From positions 3,386-67,385 of the forward strand of contig JADFNE010000019.1 in NCBI GenBank assembly GCA_022563535.1: a DNA stretch of 64,000 bases, read 5' to 3'. The DNA comes from Myxococcales bacterium (GTDB taxonomy: Bacteria > Myxococcota_A > UBA9160 > UBA4427). Positions 53,626 to 63,818 of this stretch are shown here, in pieces. How positions within the stretch are numbered: the first letter of the stretch is position 1; every line of letters begins with the position of its first letter. Both the position numbers and the translations under genes were made by a program. The notes beneath the pieces were generated by a model. The model had not been told where the DNA came from and made no database searches. It was given only the letters and a program-made list of their open reading frames with translations.

Positions 53626-55464
53626 ATGGAAAATGAGAAGGGTCGCATTCAGCTCCTTTCCAATGCCGTGATCGACCAGATCGCTGCCGGGGAAGTTGTC
53701 GAGCGTCCCGCGTCGGTGGTCAAGGAGCTGGTCGAGAACGCACTGGACGCCGGCGCAACGCGAATTCGGGTGGATGTACGGGATGGGGGCCGCGGTCTGG
53801 TCGCAGTCACCGATGACGGATACGGCATGTCCCCAGGGGAAGCCCGGATGGCGCTGGCCCGTCACGCCACCAGCAAGCTCACGAGTATTTCCGATCTCGA
53901 AAATGTCACCAGCTTTGGATTCCGGGGCGAGGCCATGCCCGCAATCGCTTCGGTTTCGAAGATGAGGTTGTTTACCCGGCCACACGATCACGACGAGGGA
54001 TACGCGATCAATCTCGAGGGCGGTGAAATTCTCTCCGAAGGGCAGGCGGGTGGACCGGCCGGGACCCGGGTCGAAGTCGCCGAACTGTTTGCCAAGATTC
54101 CCGCGCGCCGCAAGTTTCTCAAGAGCGAAGGCACCGAGTGGGGACACATCGCCGATTGGATGCGGAGGTTGGCCCTGGTTCTGCCCGGGGTACATTTTGA
54201 ACTGCGACGAGATGATCGTGCGGCCATCGTCTGGCCAGCGACCTCGAATCCCCTGGATCGTATTGCCGCCGTGCTCGGAGAAGCCGAAGCCGCGGCGCTG
54301 GTCGAAGTCGAGTGCGAAGAGGGGACGGGGCATCTACACGCTTTCATCTCCACGCCCGAGAACACCCGGGCCAACGCGAACGCCATCTACCTGTTCGTCA
54401 ACGGACGCCCGGTTCGCGACAAAGTCATGCGCCACGCACTGCTCCAAGCCCATCGCGACATCTTGCCCAAGGGCCGCTTTCCGTCGGCGATTCTCTTTTT
54501 GACCCTGCGCGGATCCGGTCTGGACGTCAACGTGCACCCGGCGAAGTGGGAAGTCCGCTTTGCAGAGCCCCAGGCTGTTCACCAACTGATTCGCCGCGCG
54601 GTGCGCGACGCAATGGTGCAGCGAGGTTGGTTGGGAGACGGGGTCGCAACGCAAACCACTGAGGCGCTGACTCCGGGACTGAATCGAGGGACGCGCAAGC
54701 TCGCAGCCGGAGCCTCCTGGGTTCGAGATCGCAGCGGGAGCGACTGGGCCCTCGCGGGCCCCAGCGCTGACAGCGCGCCTGGTTCGGTCGCGCTCCCGGG
54801 GCTCGACGTCCCATCGAGTGAACCGGAAACGTCCGCGATTCAGTTCGGCAGCTTGCGCCTGCTGGGTCAACTGCTGGCCAGCTACTTGCTGGTGGAGGGC
54901 AAGGAGGGTTTGCTGCTCGTCGACCAACACGCTGCCCACGAACGCGTTCTCTATGAGCGCCTGCGCGCGGAGTGGCTCGACCGGGGAGTCGAACGCCAGG
55001 GCTTGTTGCTCGCGGTCAACGTCGAACTCGACCCGCTGGATGCTGCGGCCCTCGGCGAACACAGCGAAATCGTCGAACGTCTGGGCTTCGAGATCGAACC
55101 CTTTGGCGAAGGGGCAATGGTTGTGCGATCGACCCCATCGCTACTCGGCGACCGGGATCCGGCAAAGCTCCTGCGCGACCTGGCGGCAGAACTGCAGGAC
55201 ATCCCCTCCGTTCAGGACGACCCTGCAGACCGGACAACGACGTCTCCCGCCGACACCCGCCTGCTCGGAGCCGCGGATCGCGTGTTCGCCAGCCTCGCCT
55301 GCCACAGTGCCAGAAGGGCGGGAGATCATCTCGAACCCGACGAGCAACAGCAGATCTTGAACGATCTGGACACGATCCCCTGGGCTCCCACTTGCCCCCA
55401 CGGACGCCCGGTTGCCGTCGCCTATTCGCTGCCCGAAATCGAGCGAAGATTCGCCCGTCGTTAG
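53626..55464 (+). CDS. mutL: DNA mismatch repair protein MutL
   Basis: ATG 53626 follows GGAG. IQLLSNAVIDQIAAGEVVERPASVVKELVENALDAGA is the GHKL N-terminus, and a C-terminal dimerisation domain is present. Confidence 0.95.
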   Translation: MENEKGRIQLLSNAVIDQIAAGEVVERPASVVKELVENALDAGATRIRVDVRDGGRGLVAVTDDGYGMSPGEARMALARHATSKLTSISDLENVTSFGFRGEAMPAIASVSKMRLFTRPHDHDEGYAINLEGGEILSEGQAGGPAGTRVEVAELFAKIPARRKFLKSEGTEWGHIADWMRRLALVLPGVHFELRRDDRAAIVWPATSNPLDRIAAVLGEAEAAALVEVECEEGTGHLHAFISTPENTRANANAIYLFVNGRPVRDKVMRHALLQAHRDILPKGRFPSAILFLTLRGSGLDVNVHPAKWEVRFAEPQAVHQLIRRAVRDAMVQRGWLGDGVATQTTEALTPGLNRGTRKLAAGASWVRDRSGSDWALAGPSADSAPGSVALPGLDVPSSEPETSAIQFGSLRLLGQLLASYLLVEGKEGLLLVDQHAAHERVLYERLRAEWLDRGVERQGLLLAVNVELDPLDAAALGEHSEIVERLGFEIEPFGEGAMVVRSTPSLLGDRDPAKLLRDLAAELQDIPSVQDDPADRTTTSPADTRLLGAADRVFASLACHSARRAGDHLEPDEQQQILNDLDTIPWAPTCPHGRPVAVAYSLPEIERRFARR

Positions 55465-55525
55465 CGGTTTCGAGACGTGGTCTACGCGAGTCCTGCAGCG
55501 ATTCTTGATGTAGGCTCGCGCCGCC

Positions 55526-56491
55526 ATGTCCAGCGCCTCGCAAAATGAAACGCAGAAGAAGCCTCCCGTCATCGTTCTCACCGGTCCCACCGCGGCCGGC
55601 AAGAGTTCCCTCGCCCTCGATCTGGCCCAGCGATGCAACGCCGAAATCATCAACGCCGACTCGATGCAAGTGTTCCGCTTCATGGACATCGGGACCGCAA
55701 AACCGAGCCTCGAGGAACGCGCCAGCGTTGCCCATCACCTGTTTGATGTGGCCAACCCCGACGATGCCTACAGCGCCGGTCGCTACGCCATTGAAGCCCG
55801 CGCCGCCGCCGCGAAGATCCACGCGGCCGGCAAACTCGTGATCCTGGTGGGCGGGACCGGCCTCTACATTCGAGCTTTTCTCGAAGGTTTGATTGCAACG
55901 GGCGGTGCGGACAGCGAGTTTCGCGAGCAACTCGAAACGGAACACGCGCGCGCCGTCGAGCAGGGCGAACCCCTGAAGCTCTATCGCCGCCTCGAAGAAC
56001 AGGATCCGAAGGCCGCCGCCGCCATCCATCCCAACGATCTGCGCCGGATCATCCGCGCCCTCGAAATTGTTCGGCACTGCGGCCGTGAAGCATCGACGGT
56101 GCGCGAGGAACACAATTTCCGCGAGGCACCGTTCGCGACCCTGCATCTGGCGCTGGACCCAGGTCGCGAGATCATCAACCAGCGGATCGAGCTGCGCTGC
56201 GAAGCCATGATCAAAAACGGCCTGCTCCAGGAGGTTCGGCGCCTGCGCGGGATGGGCTACGGCGCTGGGCTACGGCCCATGCAGGCAATTGGCTATCGAC
56301 ACATCAATCCCGTGGTGGACGGCAGCGACACCCTGAGCAACGCCCTGACTGCCATGCAAACCGACACGCGCCGCTTCGCCAGGCGCCAGCGCACCTGGCT
56401 GCGCAAGGTCGTCGATGCCCGCTGGTTCGATCCCCAGGACGGGGATTCGATCGACCGGGCGGTCGAGGACTTTTTGGCTCAACAGAACTGA
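55526..56491 (+). CDS. miaA: tRNA dimethylallyltransferase
   Basis: The P-loop LTGPTAAGKSSLALDLA is present, with INADSMQVFRFMDIGTAKP and the conserved C-terminal RRFARRQRTW. Confidence 0.95.
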   Translation: MSSASQNETQKKPPVIVLTGPTAAGKSSLALDLAQRCNAEIINADSMQVFRFMDIGTAKPSLEERASVAHHLFDVANPDDAYSAGRYAIEARAAAAKIHAAGKLVILVGGTGLYIRAFLEGLIATGGADSEFREQLETEHARAVEQGEPLKLYRRLEEQDPKAAAAIHPNDLRRIIRALEIVRHCGREASTVREEHNFREAPFATLHLALDPGREIINQRIELRCEAMIKNGLLQEVRRLRGMGYGAGLRPMQAIGYRHINPVVDGSDTLSNALTAMQTDTRRFARRQRTWLRKVVDARWFDPQDGDSIDRAVEDFLAQQN

Positions 56492-56529
56492 GAGGAGGGC
56501 GCTGGGGCTACAGTCCCCGCGCGGCAAAC

Positions 56530-56994
56530 TCAGTAGGCAGCGGCGGTGTAGTCGATGCCAAACTTCACGTCGATACAGCAGGGTGTATCCATTTCGAACA
56601 ACGCCGCCGCGCCGTATACCGGCGAGAACAGCGGATCGAGATCGGCTTCAAAGGGAAGCAACAACACACCCGGAATCAATTCGAGGCCACCGGTGACGAA
56701 ACGAATGAACGATGCACCGACGTTCACGCCAGCGTTCCAAATATATCCGGGCATGAAAAACGCGACCCGAACCGCGACGGGATCGTCCTGCTCACGCATT
56801 CCCTCGATCACCGAGATCAGAGCGACCATCGGGGTAAGCACAAGATCGAGAGGGGCTTGGGTGATATTGCTGACGGAACGCTTTAGGGTTTCGGTCGATG
56901 CCAGGGCGGGAACACCCGAAGTGAGCAGCACGCCCAGCAAGACCAGCGAGGCCATGGGGCGGAACCAAAACCTTTTCAGAGACCGAAACCTCAC
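56530..56994 (-). CDS. Hypothetical secreted or membrane protein
   Basis: 154 aa with a signal peptide (LVLLGVLLTSGVPALAS). I cannot confirm any motif. Confidence 0.55.
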   Translation of the reverse strand: MRFRSLKRFWFRPMASLVLLGVLLTSGVPALASTETLKRSVSNITQAPLDLVLTPMVALISVIEGMREQDDPVAVRVAFFMPGYIWNAGVNVGASFIRFVTGGLELIPGVLLLPFEADLDPLFSPVYGAAALFEMDTPCCIDVKFGIDYTAAAY

Positions 56995-57258
56995 GGCTGC
57001 GCTCCATTTGCTCTCGAGCTGCGGATCTTATTTTCGTTCTGCGGTTGCATCCAATTCCACCCGTAGTCAGCCGCCCGTAAACAACGTAATTACACCGGGG
57101 TCCCCCGCACCCGCAGCCGCCAAACTAGAGGCAAGCCCAGCGGGTTGTCAAGCGACCTCACCGGGGTCCTGCAGCGCCCGGAAGCGTCAGTCCTGGTCCC
57201 CGCTTCTGTTGGCAGCGAGGGGGCAGGGCGGAGCTTCCCGCTATTGTCAGGAACGCCC

Positions 57259-58734
57259 ATGAGTGAGACCACCCCCCTGCCCATTATCGCCATCGTCGGA
57301 CGACCCAATGTTGGAAAGTCCCGGCTGTTCAATCGCTATGCGGGTCACCGTCGTGCCCTGGTGCACGACTTGCCCGGTGTGACGAGGGACCGGATCGCCG
57401 AAGAGATCAGCCTGCTCGGGCGGCGGATTCTGCTGGTCGATACCGCTGGACTCGACACCGAGGAGTCCTCCGATCTCGACGCCCAGGTGCAGAGCCAGGC
57501 CCGGGCTGCGGTCAAGCAGGCCGACGCGATCTTGTTCGTGGTCGACGCCCAGGCGGGGCTGCTACCCCAGGACGAAGACATCGCCCGCACCTTGCGCCGC
57601 AGCGACAAGCCCATGGCCCTGGCGGTGAACAAAATCGACCTGCCAGAGCACCGGGACCGCGCTAGCGAGTTCTACAGCCTCGGCTTCGACTCTCTGTTCG
57701 CAATTTCAGCGGAGCACGGGAGCGGCGCCTTCGAGGTGCTCGAAGCACTCGTCGAAGCGTTGCCCAACGCGCCGCTCGACATCGTGGACGAAGACGACAA
57801 TGCCGAGCATTCGCTGCTGCGAGAGGGCGAAGACGAGATCCCTGATTATTCGGAAGAACCCCTCGACGGAAACTTCGGCGGCGACCGCAGCGAAGACGTG
57901 GACCCGAAGCCGGAACAAGACGAGCCGCCCAGGGATATTCGCGTGGCGGTGGTCGGGCGCCCGAACGTCGGCAAGAGTTCGCTGGTCAACCGACTGCTGG
58001 GCGAGGAGCGCGTCGTGGTTTCGGATGTTCCCGGGACCACCCGGGACGCGATCGATGCTGCGCTCGAAGTCGATGGCCAGCGCTTCATCCTGGTCGACAC
58101 GGCTGGCCTGCGCCGCCCCGGACGCCGCACTGCGGGCGTCGAACGGGTCAGTGCCTTGATGACCGTCCGCGCACTCCAGAGCGCGGACGTGGCACTCCTC
58201 CTGGTAGACGCCGAAGAGGGAATTGGAGACCAGGACGCCCATATCGCAAGCCTGGTGCGAGACCGCGGCTGCGCTGCACTGGTGCTGGCAAACAAGTGGG
58301 ATCAGGTGAAAGGAGAGGCCGGCAAGAAGATTCTCGAAGACATCGAGCACGGGCTTCGCTTCATGTCCGACGTCCCCATGCTGTCCATCTCCGCGCTGAC
58401 CGGTGCACGGGTGGGCCGACTGTTTCCGGCCGTGCGCAAGGTGGCCGAAGCGGGACGGCGGCGGGTATCGACCGCAGAACTCAACCGTTGGCTGCAAGAG
58501 ACGGTGCGCCGCCACGAACCCGCGCTGGGACGCAGAAGTGGTCACGCCCGGCGGCCGATCCGGTTTTTCTATGCCGCGCAGGTCGGCGTGCGTCCGCCGA
58601 CCTTTCTGTTCTTCTGCACCCAGCCGAAATCGGTCCAGACCGCCTACCGCCGGTACCTCGAAAATCGCCTGAGAGAACGATTCGATTTCGCCGGAACCTC
58701 GATCCGATTGCGTTTCCGCCCGAGGAAACGCTGA
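57259..58734 (+). CDS. der: Ribosome-biogenesis GTPase Der (EngA)
   Basis: There are two GTPase domains, each with GRPNVGKS (IAIVGRPNVGKSRLFN and VAVVGRPNVGKSSLVN), DTAG and NKxD motifs, plus a KH-like C-terminus. The start is ATG 57259. Confidence 0.95.
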   Translation: MSETTPLPIIAIVGRPNVGKSRLFNRYAGHRRALVHDLPGVTRDRIAEEISLLGRRILLVDTAGLDTEESSDLDAQVQSQARAAVKQADAILFVVDAQAGLLPQDEDIARTLRRSDKPMALAVNKIDLPEHRDRASEFYSLGFDSLFAISAEHGSGAFEVLEALVEALPNAPLDIVDEDDNAEHSLLREGEDEIPDYSEEPLDGNFGGDRSEDVDPKPEQDEPPRDIRVAVVGRPNVGKSSLVNRLLGEERVVVSDVPGTTRDAIDAALEVDGQRFILVDTAGLRRPGRRTAGVERVSALMTVRALQSADVALLLVDAEEGIGDQDAHIASLVRDRGCAALVLANKWDQVKGEAGKKILEDIEHGLRFMSDVPMLSISALTGARVGRLFPAVRKVAEAGRRRVSTAELNRWLQETVRRHEPALGRRSGHARRPIRFFYAAQVGVRPPTFLFFCTQPKSVQTAYRRYLENRLRERFDFAGTSIRLRFRPRKR

Positions 58735-58856
58735 CGCCGAAGCCGAGAGGCAGCCGGCTGCGCCCAGATTGTCGCGCTTTGAATGGAGTCGGATAGAATC
58801 CCCGGCCCACAGCGATAGCCAACGAGACCAACCGAGACCCAGGGAGACCGCCGATC

Positions 58857-59621
58857 GTGGCTGTACCGAAAAAGAAGAAGAACAAGCCCACCAAGGAATC
58901 GGCTTCGACCGCCCTCGACGAGATCGAGTCGCGCTCCGGAGACCTCGCTGAATGGATCAGTGAAAATCCGCTTCCGATCCTGATCACCGGCGGCGCAATC
59001 CTCGCGATCGCGGCGGCCTACACCCTGGCGTCGAGCGGCATCGACTCCGCAAAGCTCGAGGCATCGACCGCCATCGCCGCGGTAAAGAACGAGTACAGGG
59101 TCGCGATGGGCGGCGAATATTACGGTTCTACCGATGTGCCGGAACCCGCCAACCCCGAGATCGCACGCAACACCCGGTTGGACTACCTCAAGCGCTTCCA
59201 GGGGCTCGCCGCCGAGCACGAGGGAAGCGAGATGGGAAGCTACGCACTGGTCCAGGCCGGTTCCCTGCAGACGGACCTCAACGACCTCGAAGGGGCGCTC
59301 GCGAGTTTCCAGCAGGCGCTCGAAGTCTACGACAAAGACCAGGCGATGCGCGGGATCATCCTCGAACGCATTGCAGGGCTCCACGAGCAACTCGGCGATC
59401 TACCGGCCGCGGCGGCTATCCACCTCCAAGCTTCGGAAATCGCGAGTTACCCGCTGCGCTACTTCGCGTTGCTGAACGCCGCCCGGAGTCAGGCCGAGGC
59501 GGGCCAGACCGATGCCGCGATCGTGAGCTTCGATCGCGTGACCCAGGAGAGTCCCGATCTCCGAATCCCCGAGCACACCCAGGCCATGCTGATGGAACTG
59601 AAGGCGAAGCGCTCGCTCTGA
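58857..59621 (+). CDS. YfgM-like membrane-anchored TPR-like protein
   Basis: A GTG start and Lys-rich N-terminus are followed by a single TM helix (PILITGGAILAIAAAY) and a helical-repeat ectodomain. It lies next to der. The YfgM assignment rests on architecture and context only. Confidence 0.55.
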   Translation: MAVPKKKKNKPTKESASTALDEIESRSGDLAEWISENPLPILITGGAILAIAAAYTLASSGIDSAKLEASTAIAAVKNEYRVAMGGEYYGSTDVPEPANPEIARNTRLDYLKRFQGLAAEHEGSEMGSYALVQAGSLQTDLNDLEGALASFQQALEVYDKDQAMRGIILERIAGLHEQLGDLPAAAAIHLQASEIASYPLRYFALLNAARSQAEAGQTDAAIVSFDRVTQESPDLRIPEHTQAMLMELKAKRSL

Positions 59622-60060
59622 GGGGTACCGCGGCAGAGTCCCACAGGCCCCTAGATCATGCTTTTCGCTGCCCCGGGGCTCTCTGCGCCCCCTCAAATTC
59701 CGCCGATAAGATATATTATGTCAAATAGAATCTTATCAGGAGCAAGACAGACTCCCCTCGCGCTGCGTGCTCGGCTTTGCGGCTCCAGAACCGTTAGCCC
59801 CCCAATTTTCGAGTCGTAGCCAGCTCGTACCCCGCGCGGCTGCAGAAAACTGCACGGACCTTCTCACAAATTGTCAATTTCTTGAAACTTATGCTGCTTC
59901 CCCGCTGGAAAAATTCCCCCAGACGGTGTAACTGAGCTGCGAAGGATTTTGATTTCGGGAAGTTGCGCGCGAGCCGCTAGCGACCCCCGGACCTGAGGAA
60001 TCACATCGAGGGCCCTCCCCTACGATGTAGTTCCAAACCCGTTGCATTGGGAATGAGCAT

Positions 60061-60945
60061 ATGAGCCCTGCGAAAAAAAAGGCGAAGACCAAGGCCAAAG
60101 CAAAGGCAAAGGTCAAAAAGAGCCCTGCCCGCAGGAAGCCCGCCGTGAAGGCGCTGATAAAATCGGCGAAGAAGAAGGCGGCGGCAAAGAAGCAAGCTGC
60201 AGCTAAAAAGAAGGCCGCAGCCAAGAAGAAAATAGCCGCAAAGAAGAAGCTGGCGGCGGTCAAGAAGAAAGCAGTGGCCAAGAAGAAGGCCGCCGCAAAG
60301 AAGAAGGCAGCGGCAAAGAAGAAGGCCGCAGCGATCGTCGCCAAGAAGAAAGCAGCCGACAAGAAGGCCGCCGCTCAAAAGAGGGCCGCCGAGGCTGCCG
60401 CCAAAGCCGCGGCCAAGGCCGCCGCAAAGCAGGAAGCCGCAGAAAAGAAAGCCGCGGAAGCCGCGGCCAAGGCCGCCCTACCGCCGCCGATCAAGCGCGG
60501 CAAAGCCAAGCCCACTGGCCCGCTTCACCCGAAGCTCGGATACAAGTGGGAGTGCTTCAGCTGCCAGGCAAAGTTCTACGACCTCAACAAAGAAGAGCCG
60601 GTCTGCCCCAAGTGCCAGACCGATCAGCGTGACAAGCCGAAAGAGCCCCCGACCGAGGCGCCCAAGAAGCGGGCGAGGAAGGCGAAGGTGCGGCCGATGG
60701 TCCCCATCTACGACGACGACGACTCACACCGCACCGGCGAGCAGAGCATCGAGGAAGGCGAACACGCACGTGCCGCCGGTGGGGAGAAGTTGTTTGAGGA
60801 CGCCAGTACCGAAACCGACGTGGTTGACGCGGTGGAAGCCGCGGATGGAACTGGGGGAGTTGCCGGAACAGGTGGCGACGATGCGGATGCGCACCCGGAA
60901 CCCCACGCCGATCCGGTCAAAATCGAAAACATCGAAGACAAATAG
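60061..60945 (+). CDS. Histone-H1-like Lys/Ala-repeat domain fused to a FYDLN_acid (TIGR02300-type) zinc ribbon and an acidic tail
   Basis: aa 1-140 are AKKK/AAAK repeats. They are followed by WECFSCQAKFYDLNKEEPVCPKCQ and then a D/E-rich C-terminus. Confidence 0.8.
   Translation: MSPAKKKAKTKAKAKAKVKKSPARRKPAVKALIKSAKKKAAAKKQAAAKKKAAAKKKIAAKKKLAAVKKKAVAKKKAAAKKKAAAKKKAAAIVAKKKAADKKAAAQKRAAEAAAKAAAKAAAKQEAAEKKAAEAAAKAALPPPIKRGKAKPTGPLHPKLGYKWECFSCQAKFYDLNKEEPVCPKCQTDQRDKPKEPPTEAPKKRARKAKVRPMVPIYDDDDSHRTGEQSIEEGEHARAAGGEKLFEDASTETDVVDAVEAADGTGGVAGTGGDDADAHPEPHADPVKIENIEDK
60160..60480 (+). repeat. Coding low-complexity repeat (GCN-AAG/AAA periodic, Ala/Lys)
   Basis: Runs such as gccgcaaagaagaaggcagcggcaaagaagaaggccgcagc recur throughout. 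They also create a long shadow ORF on the opposite strand (59889..60362). Confidence 0.8.
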
Positions 60946-60977
60946 TCGAGGCGGCCGGAGGGTTTTTCAACGGGCTG

Positions 60978-61418
60978 CTAGATGCTCGTGAGTCGCTTCA
61001 GGTGCAGGGACCACTGGCTTTCGTTGCGGCGCCAGGCCTGCTCATCTCGGATCTCGCGAAGCCTCGCCTCCGAATCCGCCACGTGGGAAGTTGCGACGCG
61101 GATATCGCTTCCGATTTTCTGGACCCGATCAAACTCGCCAATCTTTTCCATGATCAAGCCGTCGGCATCGCGCACCCCCCTGCGTGTCTCGAGCGAGGCT
61201 TTGTATTTGCGTTCGAGCGTGTCGGCCTGTTCACCATAGGCGTTGGCCAGATCGACCAGCGCGCTATCCGAGTACCCCTCGAATGGACGCGAACCCGCCT
61301 GCTCGGTCTCCAGGCCCAAATTCCGGTGATAATTCCAGGCGCCGAGGGTCCCGGCCACCAACAGAATTACGGTCAGCGGGAGCGACCCACCGCCCTTCTT
61401 GCGTCTGCGCTTCGCCAT
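60978..61418 (-). CDS. Hypothetical N-terminally membrane-anchored protein
   Basis: 146 aa. MAKRRRKKGGGSLPLTVILLVAGTLGAW is followed by a charged helical region. Confidence 0.55.
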   Translation of the reverse strand: MAKRRRKKGGGSLPLTVILLVAGTLGAWNYHRNLGLETEQAGSRPFEGYSDSALVDLANAYGEQADTLERKYKASLETRRGVRDADGLIMEKIGEFDRVQKIGSDIRVATSHVADSEARLREIRDEQAWRRNESQWSLHLKRLTSI

Positions 61419-61585
61419 GCTCGAGCCCCTTAGCGTGTGAGAATTCTCTTACGCTTTTCGGCCAACCCCGCGGTAGCAACAGTGAATTTCGACACAATCT
61501 TCAGGGGCCGGCAAGGTTGCCGTCCAACGGCTCGCGAGGTTTCGGCAATCCTCACCACCCGGCAGGCTAGCGAGAAGAGTCCGGC

Positions 61586-63718
61586 TCAGTACAGGACGCG
61601 GTAGGCGTGATAGCTCCGCAGCACGCGCTTTACGTAACTCCGGGTCTGGTCGTAGGGGATCGACTCGACCCAGACGTCGTCTTCCGTCGACGCCGGTTTC
61701 CCGAGCCAGCCTTCGACCGCGTTCGGGCCGGCGTTGTAGCTGGCGATCGAGGCCGAAAGGCGCCCGTCGAAGCGCCCCAGCAATTCGGTCAGGTAGTAGG
61801 CTCCGAGCTTGATATTGGTCTCGGGCTCGAACAGGTCGTCGGGATCGTAGTCCGCTTGACCGACCCGGCTGGCCAGACGATCTCCCGTGGGCACCATGAT
61901 CTGCAGCAGACCTCTGGCACCCGAGGTCGAGAGGATCTGCGGCCGGTAGCCGCTCTCTTCCCGCATGATCGCGAAGACCAGGGCGGGCTCAACGCTGCCC
62001 GGAGCCCGCGTCGAGGCCATCACCAGTTCCTTGAACGCCGAGGGCCAGGCGTGCCACCAGAGTTCTTCCAGATGCGGCACGGGGCCTCTCGCCAGGTCTT
62101 CCGTGTAGGCGTCCACGATCACCCGCAGCGCCTCGTGGTATTCCTCGGCTTCACTGAATAGCTGGGCCATGGCGAGGCGATCCGCCAACCCTCGAGCGCG
62201 GCGACCGGTGCGGCGCATTTCCTCGACCGCCACTTTGCGCAGCCCGGCGGCCAGCAGGATTCTTGGACGCGCGAGGTCGTCCTCGCTGAGCTGGGTGGTG
62301 CCGGGCTCCGGTCGGGCGCCTGCCGACGGTTGGTCGTGATCGCGTATCCGGTCCCGCGCGCGCCAGCCGTAATAGGAGAATGGAAATTCGTTGGCGATCG
62401 TCGTGAACTCCAGCGTGGCGGCGGTTTTGTCCTCGATGGAGTCGTCCATGGATTCGAGCGCGCGTGCGCGCCAGTAGCGGATGCGAAGGCGGTCGATGGT
62501 GTCGGTCTCGAGTTTCAACAGACGGTCGAAGTAGTCGACGGCCTCGTGCCCTTTCTGTCCGCGAAAGGCCGCCCAGCCCAGTCGCCACAGGGCGGCATGG
62601 CTGAGCCCCGTAGAAACCTGGTTGCGTGATACCCTATCAAAATGCTCTTCGGCGCGCTCGACGTGACCTCGACCCTCCAACAACAGAGCCGCCAGATAGG
62701 TCGCGCGAACACTCAGCTCGCCTTTGTTCTGCTTGGCGAGTTTTTCAAATTCTTCTACCGCGAGGGTGACTTCGCCGCTGCGCGCCAGGGAACGCGCACG
62801 CCACAGCGGGACATCATCGTTTTGCGGCAGCGAGCTGAACGCCTTCACGGCCTCGGGGTATTCGCGCAAGCGGAACAGGGTGTGGGCGCGTTGTTTTTTC
62901 GCGCGGTTGGCTTCGGACGTCTTGAGCGTGCCCGCCAGGGCCTTGTCATAGGCCGCAAGGGCTCCGGCGTTGTTCCGTTTGCGGAACAACTGGTCCGCGC
63001 GCTTGCGCCAATCGACGGCGCTGCGCGCCTCGGCCCCGGGTTCGAGTTCCAGCGCGTTCAGCCGTTCCTCGGCCAGATTGGCCTGGTCGCTGCTGGCGTG
63101 GCGCGTCCAGATTTTCCGATAGACCCGGAGTGCTTCTTCCAATTCGTCCGAACGTTCGAGCGAGGACGCCACGGCGAGCCGCATCTCGGCCTGGCGCTCG
63201 GAGTCCCGGGTGAGGCGGATCCCGCGGGTCCACGCCTTGCGGGCGCCCTCTTCGTCGGAAAGGGCTGCCCGGGCGGCGCCTAGAATTTCCTGAAAGTCGG
63301 TGCGCAGGGGGGATTTATCGAAGCGCTCGAGGGCGGCCATAACGGCCGAGGCCGCTTCGTCGTAGAGCCGAGCGTCGATCAGCTTTTGGGTCCGCATCAG
63401 GCTCGCGTGATCGGCGATGATCTCGAACTTGCGGGAAACCGCTGCAAAGCGTGCCGCGGCCACCATGGGATCGTCGGCCTGCATCGCGTAGCGTAAGCCC
63501 TCGGCGGGGTCGTCGGACGGCAGGACCAGCTCCGCCAGCCCGGCGGCGCTCTCCTGGGAGTGCCTCGCGCGTTCGGCCGCGCTGAAACTCGTCAATTTCA
63601 TCTTGGCCGAGAAGGACTCGGTCGAACTGAGTGCGACCCACGCGGCAAGCCAGACCGCGCACACAAATCTCAACCGTCGACGCTGGATGTAGCGGCGTCT
63701 CACCCGACTTCCCCCCAT
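61586..63718 (-). CDS. slt: Soluble lytic murein transglycosylase (Slt70-like)
   Basis: A signal peptide is followed by a long superhelical TPR-like N-terminal region. The C-terminal SLT domain has FAIMREESGYRPQILSTSGARGLLQIM and ASYNAGPNAV. Confidence 0.85.
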   Translation of the reverse strand: MGGSRVRRRYIQRRRLRFVCAVWLAAWVALSSTESFSAKMKLTSFSAAERARHSQESAAGLAELVLPSDDPAEGLRYAMQADDPMVAAARFAAVSRKFEIIADHASLMRTQKLIDARLYDEAASAVMAALERFDKSPLRTDFQEILGAARAALSDEEGARKAWTRGIRLTRDSERQAEMRLAVASSLERSDELEEALRVYRKIWTRHASSDQANLAEERLNALELEPGAEARSAVDWRKRADQLFRKRNNAGALAAYDKALAGTLKTSEANRAKKQRAHTLFRLREYPEAVKAFSSLPQNDDVPLWRARSLARSGEVTLAVEEFEKLAKQNKGELSVRATYLAALLLEGRGHVERAEEHFDRVSRNQVSTGLSHAALWRLGWAAFRGQKGHEAVDYFDRLLKLETDTIDRLRIRYWRARALESMDDSIEDKTAATLEFTTIANEFPFSYYGWRARDRIRDHDQPSAGARPEPGTTQLSEDDLARPRILLAAGLRKVAVEEMRRTGRRARGLADRLAMAQLFSEAEEYHEALRVIVDAYTEDLARGPVPHLEELWWHAWPSAFKELVMASTRAPGSVEPALVFAIMREESGYRPQILSTSGARGLLQIMVPTGDRLASRVGQADYDPDDLFEPETNIKLGAYYLTELLGRFDGRLSASIASYNAGPNAVEGWLGKPASTEDDVWVESIPYDQTRSYVKRVLRSYHAYRVLY

Positions 63719-63818
63719 GGATCAACAGTGTGCAGGAGGTGTTCTTGCTGTCAATTGCACAGTCGCGTGTTCGACCCGCATTGTTGGCCCGAGGGGCCTC
63801 CGTTACGGTTCCCAAACC

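Noticed and set aside
55016-56146. 376-aa minus-strand ORF spanning the mutL/miaA junction
   Set aside because: It crosses two well-supported plus-strand genes and is Arg/Gly-rich. It is a shadow ORF.
57760-57950. Long acidic linker between the two GTPase domains of Der
   Set aside because: Variable acidic linkers are a known feature of Der/EngA proteins, so this is not evidence of an insertion element.
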